The notes under the pieces are model-generated. The model had not been told where the DNA came from. It did no database searches and saw nothing but the letters and a program-made list of their open reading frames with translations. Below are positions 13,295 through 26,340 of a stretch of 64,000 nucleotides of DNA, piece after piece; the first letter of the stretch is position 1, and each line of letters begins with the position of its first letter. This stretch comes from Haliotis rubra. Taxonomy: Eukaryota. The stretch is from positions 1,178,001 through 1,242,000 of the forward strand of contig NW_025766525.1 of the NCBI RefSeq assembly GCF_003918875.1, read 5' to 3'. A program made the position numbers and the translations under genes.

Positions 13295-13835
13295 TACACT
13301 AATAAAAGCCAAATTTATTTTAAAGAAACATAATTTATCAAATCCTACTGTGTCTAGATTCAACAGAGGTAACTGTGGAACGTGTCGACATATTGCTGAA
13401 GGACACTCTGTAACTTTCACGAGACACGGAGAATTCTATGTAAAACAGAATTTTTACTGCTCTTCCAAAAACATAATATATGTCATAACATGCACAGGCT
13501 GTAATGAACCCGAGTTCGTGTCCACAAACAACAAATAAAGTGTCCTGAAACCCGATGTATCCCACTGAGTGAACATCTAGATGTCTGTGCGAAAGGAAAC
13601 CATATTAAATTTACAATATTTCCTTTTTATCAAGTACAAAATTCGGACAAAGTAAAACGAATTTTAAATGAACACTACTTCATAGACAAGTTCAAACCAA
13701 TGCTAAACCATTGCAAGCTGTGACCTTGTCGCTCTAGAATTTTGTCCATATTGTGACGTCACAATATATATGTAATGACGTCATACTGTAACTGCTACAA
13801 TCTCCCTGAAGAGAAAAAGAACGAAACATATCAGT
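13295..13835 (+). mobile_element. Penelope-like element 3' fragment: GIY-YIG endonuclease remnant plus 3' terminal region
   Basis: CGTC...FYCSSKNIIYVITCTGCNE, then after a deletion/frameshift RVRVHKQQI...SEHLDVC...FTIFPFY...EHYFIDKFKPMLN ending TGA 13721-13723; flanked by microsatellites. Confidence 0.8.
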
Positions 13836-13945
13836 CTGTGTGTGTGCTTGTGTGTGTGAGTGTGGTGAGAGAGAGTGTGTATAATTTCTACAAAGTTGTA
13901 AGTTTTGGTTAACATCAGTGGTGTTACATTGGTAAATCTGTATGT

Positions 13946-15598
13946 TTTGAATGTCCTGACAGATTCCTGTATCTGGCGGACCTTCCACTGGACTGTTGAA
14001 TGTCCTGACAGGCTCCTGTATCTGGTGGACCTTCCACTGGACTGTCGAATGTCCTGACAGATTCCTGTATCTGGTGGACCTTCCACTGGACTGTTGAATG
14101 GCCTGACAGACTCACGTATCTGGCGGACCTTCCACTGGACTGTTGAATGTCCTGACAGACCCCTGTATCTGGCGGACCTTCTACTGGACTGTTGAATGGC
14201 CTGACAGACTCCTGTATCTGGCGGACCTTCTACTGGACTGTTGAATGTCCTAACAGATTCCTGTATCTGGTGGACCTTCCACTGGACTGTTGAATGTCCT
14301 GACAGACTCCTGTATCTGGTGGACCTTCCACTGGACTGTTGAATGTGATGGCAGATTCCTGTATCTGGTGGACCTTCCACTGGACTGTTGAATGTCCTGG
14401 CAGACTCCTGTATCTGGCGGACCTTCCACTGGACTGTTGAATGTCCTGACAGACTCCTGTATCTGGTGGACCTTCCACTGGACTGTTGAGTGTCCTGACA
14501 GGCTCCTGTATCTGGTCGACCTTCCACTGGACTGTTGAATGGCCTGACAGACTCCTGTATCTGGCGGACCTTCTACTGGACTGTTGAATGTCCTGACAGA
14601 TTCCTGTATCTGGTGGACCTTCCACTGGACTGTTGAATGTCCTGACAGATTCCTGTATCTGGTGGACCTTCCACTGGACTGTTGAATGTCCTGACATTCC
14701 TGTATCTGGCGGACCTTCCACTGGACTGTTGAATGTCCTGACAGACTCCTGTATCTGGTGGACCTTCCACTTGACTGTTGAATGTCCTGACAAACTCCTG
14801 TATCTGGTGGACCTTCCACTGGACTGTTGAATGTCCTGACAGGCTCCTGTATCTGGTAGACCTTCCACTGGACTGTTGAATGTCCTGACAAACTCCTGTA
14901 TCTAGTGGACCTTCCACTGGACTGTTGAATGTCCTGACAAACTCCTGTATCTAGTGGACCTTCCACTGGGCTGTTGAATGTCCTGACAGACTCCTGTATC
15001 TGGCGGACCTTCCACTGGACTGTTGAATGTGATGGCAGATTCCTGTATCTGGTGGACCTTCCACTGGACTGTTGAATGTCCTGACAGACTCCTGTATCTG
15101 GCGGACCTTCCACTGGACTGTTGAATGGCCCGACAGACTCCTGTATCTGGTCGACCTTCCACTGGACTGTTGAATGTCCTGACAGACTCCTGTATCTGGC
15201 GGACCTTCCACTGGACTGTTGAATGGCCTGACAGACTCCTGTATCTGGCGGACCTTCCACTGGACTGTTGAATGTCCTGACAGACTCCTGTATCTGGCGG
15301 ACCTTCCACTACACTGTTGAATGTCCTGACAGACTCCTGTATCTGGTGGACCTTCCACTGGACTGTTGAATGTCCTGACAGATTCCTGTATCTGGTGGAC
15401 CTTCCACTCGACTGTTGAATGTTATGGCAAATTCCTGTATCTGGCGGACTTTCCACTGGACTGTTGAATGTCCTGACAGACTCCTGTATCTGGCGGACCT
15501 TCCACTGGACTGTTGAATGTTATGGCAAATTCCTGTATCTGGTGGACCTTCCACTGGACTGTTGATTATCCTGACAGACTCCTGTATCTGGTGGACTG
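13946..15598. repeat. 49-bp minisatellite, ~33 copies
   Basis: TTGAATGTCCTGACAGACTCCTGTATCTGGYGGACCTTCCACTGGACTG. Confidence 0.95.
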
Positions 15599-16125
15599 TG
15601 GATACCTGTAGCTCCTGGACTGTATATCTGTAGATCCTAGACTGCATATCTGTAGCTAGAAAAACTGTATATCTGTAGCTCCTAGACTGTATATTTCAAG
15701 ATCCTAGACTGTACATCTGTAGCTCCTAGACTGTATATCTGTAGCTCCTAGACTGTATATCCATGTATATATGTGTATATCCTTGTCAATATCTGTGTAT
15801 CCTTTTATACATATGTATATCCTTGACTACATCTGTATGTCCTTTTTTATATCTGTATATCCTTGTCTATATCTGTATGTCTTTCTATATCTGTATATCC
15901 TTGTCGATATCTGTATATCCTTGCCAATATCTCTATATCCTTTTCTATATATTTATATCCTTGTCTATATCTGTATATCCTTGTCTATATCTGTATATCC
16001 TTGTCTATATCTCTATATCCTTGACTATATCTCTATATCCTTGTCCATATCTTAATGTGCTTGTCCATATGTCTGTAGATCTTGTATATATCTGTGTATC
16101 CAAGTCTGAATATCTGTATATCCTG
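15598..16125. repeat. 22-bp repeat (TGTATATCTGTAGCTCCTAGAC) grading into 20-bp repeat (TATATCTGTATATCCTTGTC)
   Basis: Direct periodicity; transition near 15762. Confidence 0.9.
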
Positions 16126-16288
16126 GTCAAGAGACATATTTCAGTCCTTTCGGTTAGCCTGATCAGAACAACCAGGATATCCAGACAAATTGGTCACCTA
16201 CTTTCTGAAATATACAACAAATACCTTTCTAACCTGACTTCCCACGGTAGAACACTGCAGTCCACCATATTCCACCTACATCCCAATC

Positions 16289-16349
16289 AAAAGTACTAGA
16301 ATCTGTACTTAACTGAGAAAGTGTAATCCCAAATATAACACATGTTAGA
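16289..16349 (+). repeat. Fragment of the dispersed tRNA-related repeat also at 41063-41455 and 52813-52917
   Basis: AAAGTACTAGAATCTGTACTTAACTGAGAAAGTGTAATCCCAAATATAAC is the reverse complement of ~41348-41397. Confidence 0.85.
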
Positions 16350-16839
16350 TCCCAATCAGTCCATAATACAAGCCAGTGATGTACAGCATGAGCATCAGTT
16401 GGCACCATCAGGTCATGATGACCCACAATCTGACAGGTCATGATGACCCACTATCTGACAGATCACACTACAACACAGGCCTACTACACATGTCAGTGTG
16501 CACACAACACAGATAACATCTCCAGGGACAAGTAAGGAACACAGACTGGTGGCTGTCCCACACCATGATCACTGACACACTGATATCAGCAGCTTATGTG
16601 CATGTCTGGTAGAGGTGTTTCAAGGGTACATATGTATTGAATTTGCTGTGTGTAGGGTGGGTGTGACTATTTATATCATGGACTATATCAGCCAACTCAA
16701 GATATGCACGGGGCATGGGAAAGTAAAGCTTAAGTCCCAGCCTTGGCCACATACAGCAAACATCCAGTTGAATACAAGCTTCATTCTCAAACCATCAAGT
16801 TGTCAAATTGTCAGCTATATGACACAATAATACATGCAT

Positions 16840-18340
16840 GCACATAAACACACCGACACAGACACAGACACAAACACACAGACACGGACATAACACACAG
16901 ACACAGACATAAACAATCAGACATAAACACACAAACAGAAAAACACACACAAACATAAACAAACACACAGACATAACACACAGACACAAACACACAGACA
17001 TAACACACAGACACAGACATAAACACACAGACACAGACACGAACAAACACACAGACACAGACATAACACACAGACACAGACACGAACAAACACACAGACA
17101 TAAACACACAGACACAGAAATAAACACACAGACACAGACATAACACACAGACACAAACACAGACATAACACACAGACACAAACACAGACATAACACAAAG
17201 ACACAGACATAAACACACAGACACAGACACGAACAAACACACAGACACAGACATAACACACAGACACAGACATAAACACACAGACACAGACACGAACAAA
17301 CACACAGACATAAACACACAGACACAGACATAATGCAAAGACACAGACATAAACACACAAACACAGACATAAACACACAGACATAAACACACAAACAGAA
17401 AAACACACACAAACATAAACAAACACACAGACACAAACACAGACATAACACACAGACACAGACACGAACAAACACACAGACATAAACACACAGACACAGA
17501 AATAAACACACAGACACAGACATAACACACAGACACAAACACAGACATAACACACAGACACAGACATAAACACACAGACACAGACACGAACAAACACACA
17601 GACACAGACATAACACACAGACACAGACATAACACACAGACACAGACATAAACACACAGACACAGACACGAACAAACACACAGACATAAACACACAGACA
17701 TAACGCACAGACACAGACATAAACACACAGACACAGACATAAACACACAGACACAGACATAAACACACAGACATGAACACACAGACACAGACATAAACAA
17801 TCAGACACAGACATAAACACACAGACATAAACACACAAACACAGACATAAACACACACAGACATAAACACACAGACATGAACACACAGACACAGACATAA
17901 ACAATCAGACACAGACATAAACAATCAGACACAGACATAAACACACAGACACAGACACAAACATGAACACACAGACACAGACATAAACAATCAGACACAG
18001 ACATAAACAATCAGACACAGACATAAACACACAAACACAGACATAAACACACAGACATAAACAGATAAAAAAAAATATTAAAAAATAAGAAAAACAAAAC
18101 AAAAACAAAACACATAGACATAAACAAACAAACACAAACACTCAGACACAAACTCACAGACACAAACACGGACATAAACACACAGACACAGAGAAACACA
18201 GACATAAACACACACACACATACATAAACACACAGACACAGACAAACACACAGACACATGCACATACAAAATCACACTAATAGACATACACACAAGCATA
18301 GACACACATAAACACACATCACACAGTCAGCACATAAACA
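16840..18340. repeat. Complex CA/GACA/TAAA-rich microsatellite
   Basis: Low complexity; source of the Cys/Val-rich ORFs. Confidence 0.95.
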
Positions 18341-18579
18341 CAAACCACACAGTGCAGCATACAAGATGAAAGTCTCCAAAGGACTTTGCTTTGTTTACCC
18401 AAAAGGTAATAACAGTTCATCAATTTAATGGTTTGTAACTCAAAATGACTTTTGCTTTGATAATGATTGCACCATGAAGGTACCATAACAGTTGAATACA
18501 AGTTTTCTTAGTTTTGTATCTTGTACAATCATGTAAATGATACCCATGCTTTCAGATAGGTCACTCTTCATCATGGTAA

Positions 18580-19716
18580 CAGACCTGACCATGAAGTTAC
18601 AGTAGGTGTCCATCAGAACATGTTCACAGGACAACAGACCTGAACGTTTTTCAGTAGTTTTGTCCAGGTACAGATCATGTAAATGATACCCAGGAGGAAC
18701 ATACCAGAATGTGTGTACACTTCATCATGGTCAGATCAGACCTGAAGCGTGACAACAGTAGGTGTCCAGGTCAGAAGGTGTCCACAGGACAACAGACCTG
18801 AACGTGCTACAGTAGGTGTCCAGGTCAGAACATGTCCTCAGGACAACAGACCTGAACGTGCTACAGTAGGTGTCCTGGTCAGATCATGTCCACAGGACAA
18901 CAGACCTGAACGTGCTACAGTAGGTGTCCTGATCAGATCAACAGTAGGTGTCCAGGTCAGATCAACAGTAGGTGTCCTGGTCAGGTCAACAGTAGGTGCA
19001 GGTCAACAGGTGTCCTGATCAGATCAACAGTAGGTGTCCAGGTCAGAACATGTCCACAGGACAACAGACCTGAACGTGCTACAGTAGGTGTCCAGGTCAG
19101 ATCATGTCCACAGGACAACAGACCTGAATGTGCTACAGTAGGTGTCCAGGTCAGATCATGTCCACAGGACAACAGACCTGAACGTGCTACAGTAGGTGTC
19201 CTGGTCAGATCATGTCCACAGGACAACAGACCTGAAGTACACAGTAGGTGTCCTGGTCAGATCATGTCCACAGGACAACAGACCTGAACGTGCTACAGTA
19301 GGTGTCCAGGTCAGAACATGTTCACAGGACAACAGACCTGAATGTGTTACAGTAGGTGTCCAGGTCAGAACATGTCCACAGGACAACAGACCTGAACGTG
19401 TTACAGTAGGTGTCCTGGTCAGATCATGTCCACAGGACAACAGACCTGAACGTGCTACAGTAGGTGTCCTGGTCAGATCATGTCCACAGGACAACAGACC
19501 TGAATGTGCTACAGTAGGTGTCCTGGTCAGATCATGTCCACAGGACAACAGACCTGAACGTGCTACAGTAGGTGTCCTGGTCAGATCATGTCCACAGGAC
19601 AACAGACCTGAACGTGCTACAGTAGGTGTCCTGGTCAGATCATGTCCACAGGACAACAGACCTGAATGTGCTACAGTAGGTGTCCAGGTCAGATCATGTC
19701 CACAGGACAACAGACT
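18580..19716. repeat. 54-bp minisatellite (ACAGTAGGTGTCCWGGTCAGATCATGTCCACAGGACAACAGACCTGAAYGTGCT) with shortened internal units
   Basis: 18-aa periodicity. Confidence 0.95.
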
Positions 19717-19731
19717 ATATAGGTAATAAAA

Positions 19732-20705
19732 ATATGTTAACAACCCACATCAACTATATAGCTATGATTACAACCCACATTAATAAAAATAACTATGTTT
19801 ACGATCCACATCAACATTATAACTATGTTTACAATCAACATCAACATTATAACTATTGCAACCAACATCAACAATATAACTATGTTAACAACTGTATCAA
19901 CAATAAAGCTATGTTAACAACCATGTCAACAATGTAACTATGTTAACAACCTACACCAACAATATAACTATGCTAACAACCCCCATCAACAATATAACTG
20001 TTAACAACCACACCAACAATATAACTATGTTAACAAACCACATCAACAATATAACTATGTTAACAACCGTATCAACAATATAGCTATGTTAACAACCATG
20101 TCAACAATGTAACTATGTTAACAACCAACTATATAACTATATACTATAACTATATATAACAATATAACTATGTTAACAACCACATCAACAATATAACTTA
20201 TAACAACCACATCAACAATATAACTATGTTAACAACCCACATCAACAATATAACTATGTTAACAACCATATCAACAATAGAACTGTTAACAACCATGTCA
20301 ACAATGTAACTATGTTAACAACCCACATCAACAATGTAACTGTTAACAACCACATCAACAATATAACTATGTTAACAACCCACATCGACAATGTAACTGT
20401 TAACAACCATGTCAACAATGTGACTATGTTAACAACCCACATCGACAATGTAACTGTTAACAACAATGTCAACAATGTAACTATGTTAACAATCCACATC
20501 AACAATATAACTATGTTAACAACCATATCAACAATATAACTGTTAACAACCATGTCAACAATGTAACTATGTTAACAACCCACATCGACAATGTAACTGT
20601 TAACATCCCACATCAACAATATAACTATGTTAACAACCCACATCGACAATGTAACTCTTAACAACCATGTCAACAATGTAACTATGTTAACAACCCATAT
20701 CAACT
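19732..20705. repeat. AAC-rich 27-30-bp minisatellite
   Basis: AACTATGTTAACAACC(C)ACATCAACAATAT variants. Confidence 0.9.
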
Positions 20706-21169
20706 GTGAAAACGATACAAAATAAAATATAATTGCACCTTTGATTTGGAAAGAAAAGTTTACCAACATAAAAAATGCTTTGTATACATACTTTTATCTT
20801 GATATACCAAATGTTCTTATAATAGTGAAAACAGTTTTTGAGAAATTCTTTCATTCTTTCAAATGCCAGTGAGATCAAAGTGATGTCTTCAATATCATAC
20901 CTTTGACTAAGTGTGTATAGATAACACTCAGCAGTTTCAGGCTGCTAGAAGACTCCACACATGGGTTTGGGGGCCTGGGTCTAGCATGGGGAAACTCAAA
21001 AACAGACAAACAGGAAGATCAATAATTACTGATTCATGTCATATGCAGTTCTGTTCACTGAGAAATGTGAAATTGAATGAACATGTTACTTAGAAGTGTA
21101 TGAATGAGTTCTGTACAGTGCATGAATATCTTCCTTACAATGCATGAATATGTTTCTAACAGTCAGTTG

Positions 21170-23325
21170 TTTTGTTGAATATATTTCAATTCAGTGGTAT
21201 TGATTGTCAAAGAGTAAGGACCTAAACCATCAGAACCTCAATGGTTTGATAATGAATGTAAACATGCAAAAACCCCACAAATACACATTTTTAAACCATT
21301 TCAGGAAATACCCGCCAACAAGCAATCTAAAAGCATACCAGATAGCAAAGAATAGATTAAAAAATATGTGTGACAAGGAACAAAAATATTACAAGGAAAA
21401 CGTAAGCAAAACCATTTTTCGCGCAGCCATCAATAATGATTGTAAAGGGTTTTGGAAAGTTCTAAAGAGTCATTCATCTAGGCAACATGATAAGGATAAT
21501 AGTTTACCAGAAACATGGCATACATAGTTTAAAGATTTATTAATCCTGTATCACGTGATGACTGTGACCAGGAGTGGGATGCTTATATTGGAAACTATAT
21601 TCCTGAACATAGTTATGAACATTATACTGATTGTGTAAATGATGAACTGTCTTATGATATAACAATCCCAGATGTTATATCTGCAATAGACGATGCTAAA
21701 CTGAATAAGTCACCAGGAGACAACGGTATTCCAACAGAATTTTGAAAGAAAATTAAGGATATAACTGCACCCTGCCCAATGATTAATTGTTTTCAAAAAT
21801 ATTATCGCATTTCCCAGCTGCATGGACTACTGTTATCATAATACCAAAATATAAAAAGGGAAGTAATAACGAACCTAGTAACTATAGGGGCATATCCTTG
21901 TGAACTTTTGTGTAAATTACTCACAACTATGATAAACAAGAGAACTATTACCTTTGTTGAGAATGAAGGTGTAATTGGTGAATTATAACCAAGGGGGCAC
22001 TAGAAAACATCATTAAACAGTTGCTTACATGTTCATTCTTCAATCTATTGTTCAAAAGCATATATAACTTGAAGAAAAGGCAGATTCTACTGTGCTCTCG
22101 TGGATTTCAAGAAAGCATTCGATATGGTTAACCAAAATTAATTACTTTATCGTCTTTTAGGAAATGGTATCTATGGAAATATATTTTGTGTTCTTCAACA
22201 TTTATATGACAATGTGAAGTCTTCAATGCTGTAGTTTAGATGAAGGGAGAAAACTATCTGATTATTTTGATTGTTCCACTGGTGTTAGACAAGGATGTCC
22301 ACTTAGTCCTTAGTTGTTCTCCATATTTATCAAAGAATGAATCTATGAGCAGTTATTTAAGTAATGGCATCTTTATATCAGATACTAGGTATAATATATT
22401 ATATTTCTACTTGCTGATACCCCAATTAAGTTGCAGGAATGATTAGTCTATTCTCATCAATATTGTCTTAAATGGGATATGGAAATGGATACGTATAAGA
22501 CAAAAATAATTGTTTTTCGAAACGGAGTACCTTTATCCAAATTTGAGAAACGGACTTGTAATAGAACTGATATTGAAGTAGTTAGTGTTTACAATACCTA
22601 GATTAAAGACAACACCAAACCTGGTTTGGAGCAAAGCATGTACAGCCCTAGCACAACAAGCAAATAAAGCCCTATTATACGATCACTCACAAGAACATTT
22701 TACATATGTCTAAAAGATGCTTTTAAGATATTTGATTTAAAGATTGTACCTATACTGATGTATGGCAGTGAAATATGGGGTTCTAAAAAAATGCAATAAA
22801 TTGAAATTGTAGAACAATTATTTTGTAAATCTGTTTTAAATGTTGGTAAATCATTTCTAAACATTGCAATATATGGAGAATGTGGTAGATATCCTCTTTA
22901 TGTTAAATATTTTACAAACTGTATACAATATCGGATAAGACTTGTTACAATGCCTTCATATTGATATCCAAAACAATGTTATTTCATGTTAAATGAAATT
23001 TGTAATCGCAAACGCCCTTATTGGGCAACCTACATAATGAAATTGTTATTTATATATGGGTTAGGCAATGTTTGGTAGTATCAAGGTGTCGGAAATGGAA
23101 ATGTTTACTCAAAGACTGTCATCGACTGTGCGAATCAAAACTGGCATTCTGAACTACTAGAAAAGAATTTTTTATGTTTTTATTCATCCATTATAACAGT
23201 ATTTAATCAAGAATTGTATATTAATGCTGTGAAGAACCAAAAATACAGAAGGTCATTACTTCTGTTTAGAACAAATTTTAATCGTTTAAGAGTACAAAAT
23301 GTTAGAAAAGGTTTTTGTAAACATC
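21170..23325 (+). mobile_element. Decayed RTE-X-like LINE (RT region and C-terminal part)
   Basis: Broken peptides PQWFDNECK, NKSPGDNGIP, PSNYRGISL, RFYCALVDFKKAFDMV, GVRQGCPLSP, PILMYGSEIWG, YGECGRYPL; many stops and frameshifts. Confidence 0.85.
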
Positions 23326-23334
23326 AGTGTCAGG

Positions 23335-23689
23335 AATATGTTCATTACACTATATGAATATGTTCTTCACTGTATGAATATGTTCTTCACTGTATGAATA
23401 TGTTCTTCACTGTATGAATATGTTCTTCACTGTATGAATATGTTCTTCACTGTATGAATATGTTCTCCACTGTATGAATATGTTCTTCACTGTATGAATA
23501 AGTTCTTCACTGTATGAATATGTTCTTCACTGTATGAATATGTTCTTCACTGTATGAATATATGTTCTTCACTGTATGAATATGTTCTCCACTGTATGAA
23601 TATGTTCTTCACTGTATGAATATGTTCTCCACTGTATGAATATGTTCTTCACTGTATGAATATGTTCTTCACTGTATGAATATGTTCTT
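23335..23689. repeat. 20-bp minisatellite (TGAATATGTTCTTCACTGTA); other pieces at ~21100-21160 and 30626-30735
   Basis: Direct periodicity; related units on the far sides of both neighbouring insertions. Confidence 0.95.
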
Positions 23690-23885
23690 GGGATCGGATG
23701 TGACGTCACATGGGCTGGACGTGTTTTGGATCGCTGAGAATATCAAGGTCAGTTTTTCGACGAAATATTGAAGAAACCCAATGGGTACAGGTTCTAAATA
23801 TGAAAAGTATGTAAGATAAACATTTCTGTTGTATAGCTGCGTCCTGAAAATAGATGAACTCTAAAAAAGTGGATTTTTATGGATT

Positions 23886-24434
23886 GTGCTTACTACTGTA
23901 TGGGACTCTGAACTGACATTACGACCCAACTTCAAACTTCCACAATGTTCCCCTCTCGTATGTTATATTGATACCAATTCGATTAAAAGAAACAGAGGAG
24001 ACGTGTTTACTTCGCCGGATACAGAAAATAAGAGACAACTATGTTGTTCGGCCCATGTGGAACAAAATGCGACGATGTAGTTGGTTCGTGTGGGGCAAAC
24101 CACGAATTTGTTGGTCGACATCTTGTCTAGGCTGGACAAGGACGATGACGACTTTTCCCCTCTCAAAGAACTCCAGGAGGAAATAGAAAACGTCGAGGAG
24201 GAGCAAGAAGAGACCCATCTGGATATCCAGAAGGTGCGGCAGATGCTAGAATCGATGTAAAAGTGGACCTACCTTTCGATAGCCGCCGTGTTTCTCTGGA
24301 AGGTCGTCTACAAGACCTGGAAGCACAGCACATCCCTGGCCGACAGACCATTCAACAGACAGGCCAACGAGAAGACAGAAATGCCCAAACCTGTTTCCAA
24401 GGTCTACTCCGGGCATCCCCACTACATGCAGTAG
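23886..24434 (+). pseudogene. Decayed ORF: acidic coiled coil, hydrophobic segment and Pro-rich tail (virus/Polinton accessory-like; N-terminus may be LINE ORF1)
   Basis: One frame through stops at 24078-24080 and 24258-24260: ...LLVDILSRLDKDDDDFSPLKELQEEIENVEEEQEETHLDIQKVRQMLESM*KWTYLSIAAVFLWKVVYKTWKH...PKPVSKVYSGHPHYMQ*. Confidence 0.5.
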
Positions 24435-24592
24435 AAAAAAAAATAGAGAGAGAGAGAGATGCGATACATTTTCTTGCAATTGGAATATATATATTTTGTA
24501 CATCGGTTTCGAAAAGCATCGTGTGTGTGTGTGTTTTTTGGGGTTTTTTTTGCGATAGAAGCTTTTCCCGCCCGAGGTCTGGGAGCAGCAAC

Positions 24593-25766
24593 TCAACTTC
24601 TCGATTGTCTTTCCTTTTCGATATGGACGAGTAGCAGATTTTGCCGAGCCTGCTCAGAAACGGTCCACCCACCAACCATAGGTGTCTCTATTCCGCCGGC
24701 GTCTCGAATCGTTTCTCGTATATTGCAGCCGTAGACTGGAATCATTTCTCCAGTTGGCAAATCGAGAAGCAGCAACAGTCAGTTCTTCCCTTCCTATTTC
24801 GCTACGGCAAACTTTTTGCATGTGTAGATTACTTCTGGAACGTCTACGGCTTTTCGGTGTTCGCTGCACGGAGGGACTGCCACTTCCATATCCTTGGGCC
24901 TGCCGTAGTTGGGCAAAGGGGTATGCCATATATTGCTCCGTCCCTGTGGTAGCTCTGCTTTTCCCGATAGCTGTCGGAAGACACAAGAATCTTTCTTCTT
25001 GCACGGACAATTGTCCACCAATTTGTCGAGGAGGAGTGTGTACCGTATGCTCCAGAAAGCGCAGGCGTCGTCGTACAGGTTCTCTATGTTCGAGAAACAA
25101 CCGTCGAACACGATTTCTTCTGGAACCTCGAATGGGAGTCGTTCCTTGGGTGTGTAGTCTATCGCTTTCTTTTTCAAGAGAACGCATTTCTTGCTGTCGA
25201 AGCAGTGGTCGATGGCGCCACACTTGCATGTAGAGTTGTCAGGTCCGAAGAGAGTGGGGAGTTCTGATAGAGCGGCGAGGCAGTCGATGCATCGGTTGTG
25301 TCTGTCCTTGGGGTCCAGGTAGTAGTCGTCGGCGAGAACAATTCGGAGTTTGCCTGCTGCGGGTAGAAATTGGTGGTATGAGTAGATGTAGACGAAATCG
25401 ACTATTTTGCCGTCTTCTACGAGTGGGCTAAAGCACAGCAAATAGAGTTCCAGAAACTGGCGAGGGATTTGGTAGCGGTCGTAGAAAGTGTGTCCCGATT
25501 GCTCCAGGATTTGTTTCTCTCGGTCGGAAAGCAACATAGGGCGACACTTCTCCAGCAGGGTCGAAGAAGAAGGTCTTGAAGACTTCTGCCATGTTGGGAG
25601 TTCTCGTCGTCTGTGGCTTGGGGTCTATACCATCTCGGATTCGTGTATATCTGGTTTGCGATATGTGGTACTTTCTCTTCGCTTCCCGAAGGGACAAACG
25701 ACCTGATCAGATCTCGGTATAGGCTTCACGCGAGAGCTTGGTTCCTGGCATTTTCTCTATATCCAT
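24593..25766 (-). pseudogene. Decayed ~390-aa intronless gene: N-terminal HTH-like segment plus Cys-rich unknown domain
   Basis: MDIEKMPGTKLSREAYTEI*SGRLSLREAKRKYHISQTRYTRIRDG; overlaps the open upstream frame of ORF 24794..25537, which continues in frame past two stops into ORF 24593..24775. Confidence 0.6.
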
Positions 25767-26079
25767 ACACCTGCATAGCTCTAATTGGAGTGCACTTGCA
25801 CTGGGAGACGAAAAGTGGTCTTATCGAAGTTTTGTGCAAAACACTCATTTGTGGGTGGCTGTGGGAGCGGAATTAGCCAGTATGGAAGCTTCTAGGCAGG
25901 GTGCACCTATGCTACTTTTTCTCCCCACTACTATACTACTTTTGATTGGCAACATCTACAGATTTGTTGTTGATAATGCTGTGCTATATCTAACATAACA
26001 CATGAATGACTCATTATCAATCAACATGACTGAATTGACCATATGTACGAAACATGCCCATCCTATATGTGCAGAACAT

Positions 26080-26340
26080 TGTGTGTGTACATACTTAATG
26101 TACACTGAGGACCATATAGTCCATAATTATGTGTGTGTACATACTTAATGTACACTGAGGATCATATAATCCATAATTATGTGTGTGTACATACTTAATG
26201 TACACTGAGGATCATATAGTCCATAATTATGTGTGTGTACATACTTAATGTACACTGAGGATCATATAGTCCATAAGTATGTGTGCGTACATACTTAATG
26301 TACACTGAGGATCATATAGTCCATAATTATGTGTGCATAC
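26080..26340. repeat. 50-bp minisatellite, ~5 copies, inside the composite block
   Basis: GTGTGTGTACATACTTAATGTACACTGAGGATCATATAGTCCATAATTAT. Confidence 0.95.

Noticed and set aside
16795-18317. Cys/Val-rich ORFs (metallothionein- or keratin-like)
   Set aside because: Translation of a (TG)-rich microsatellite in all three frames.
24654-25233. Overlapping 191-aa (-) and 183-aa (+) ORFs
   Set aside because: Arg-rich shadow frames of the GC-rich 247-aa ORF; no independent support.
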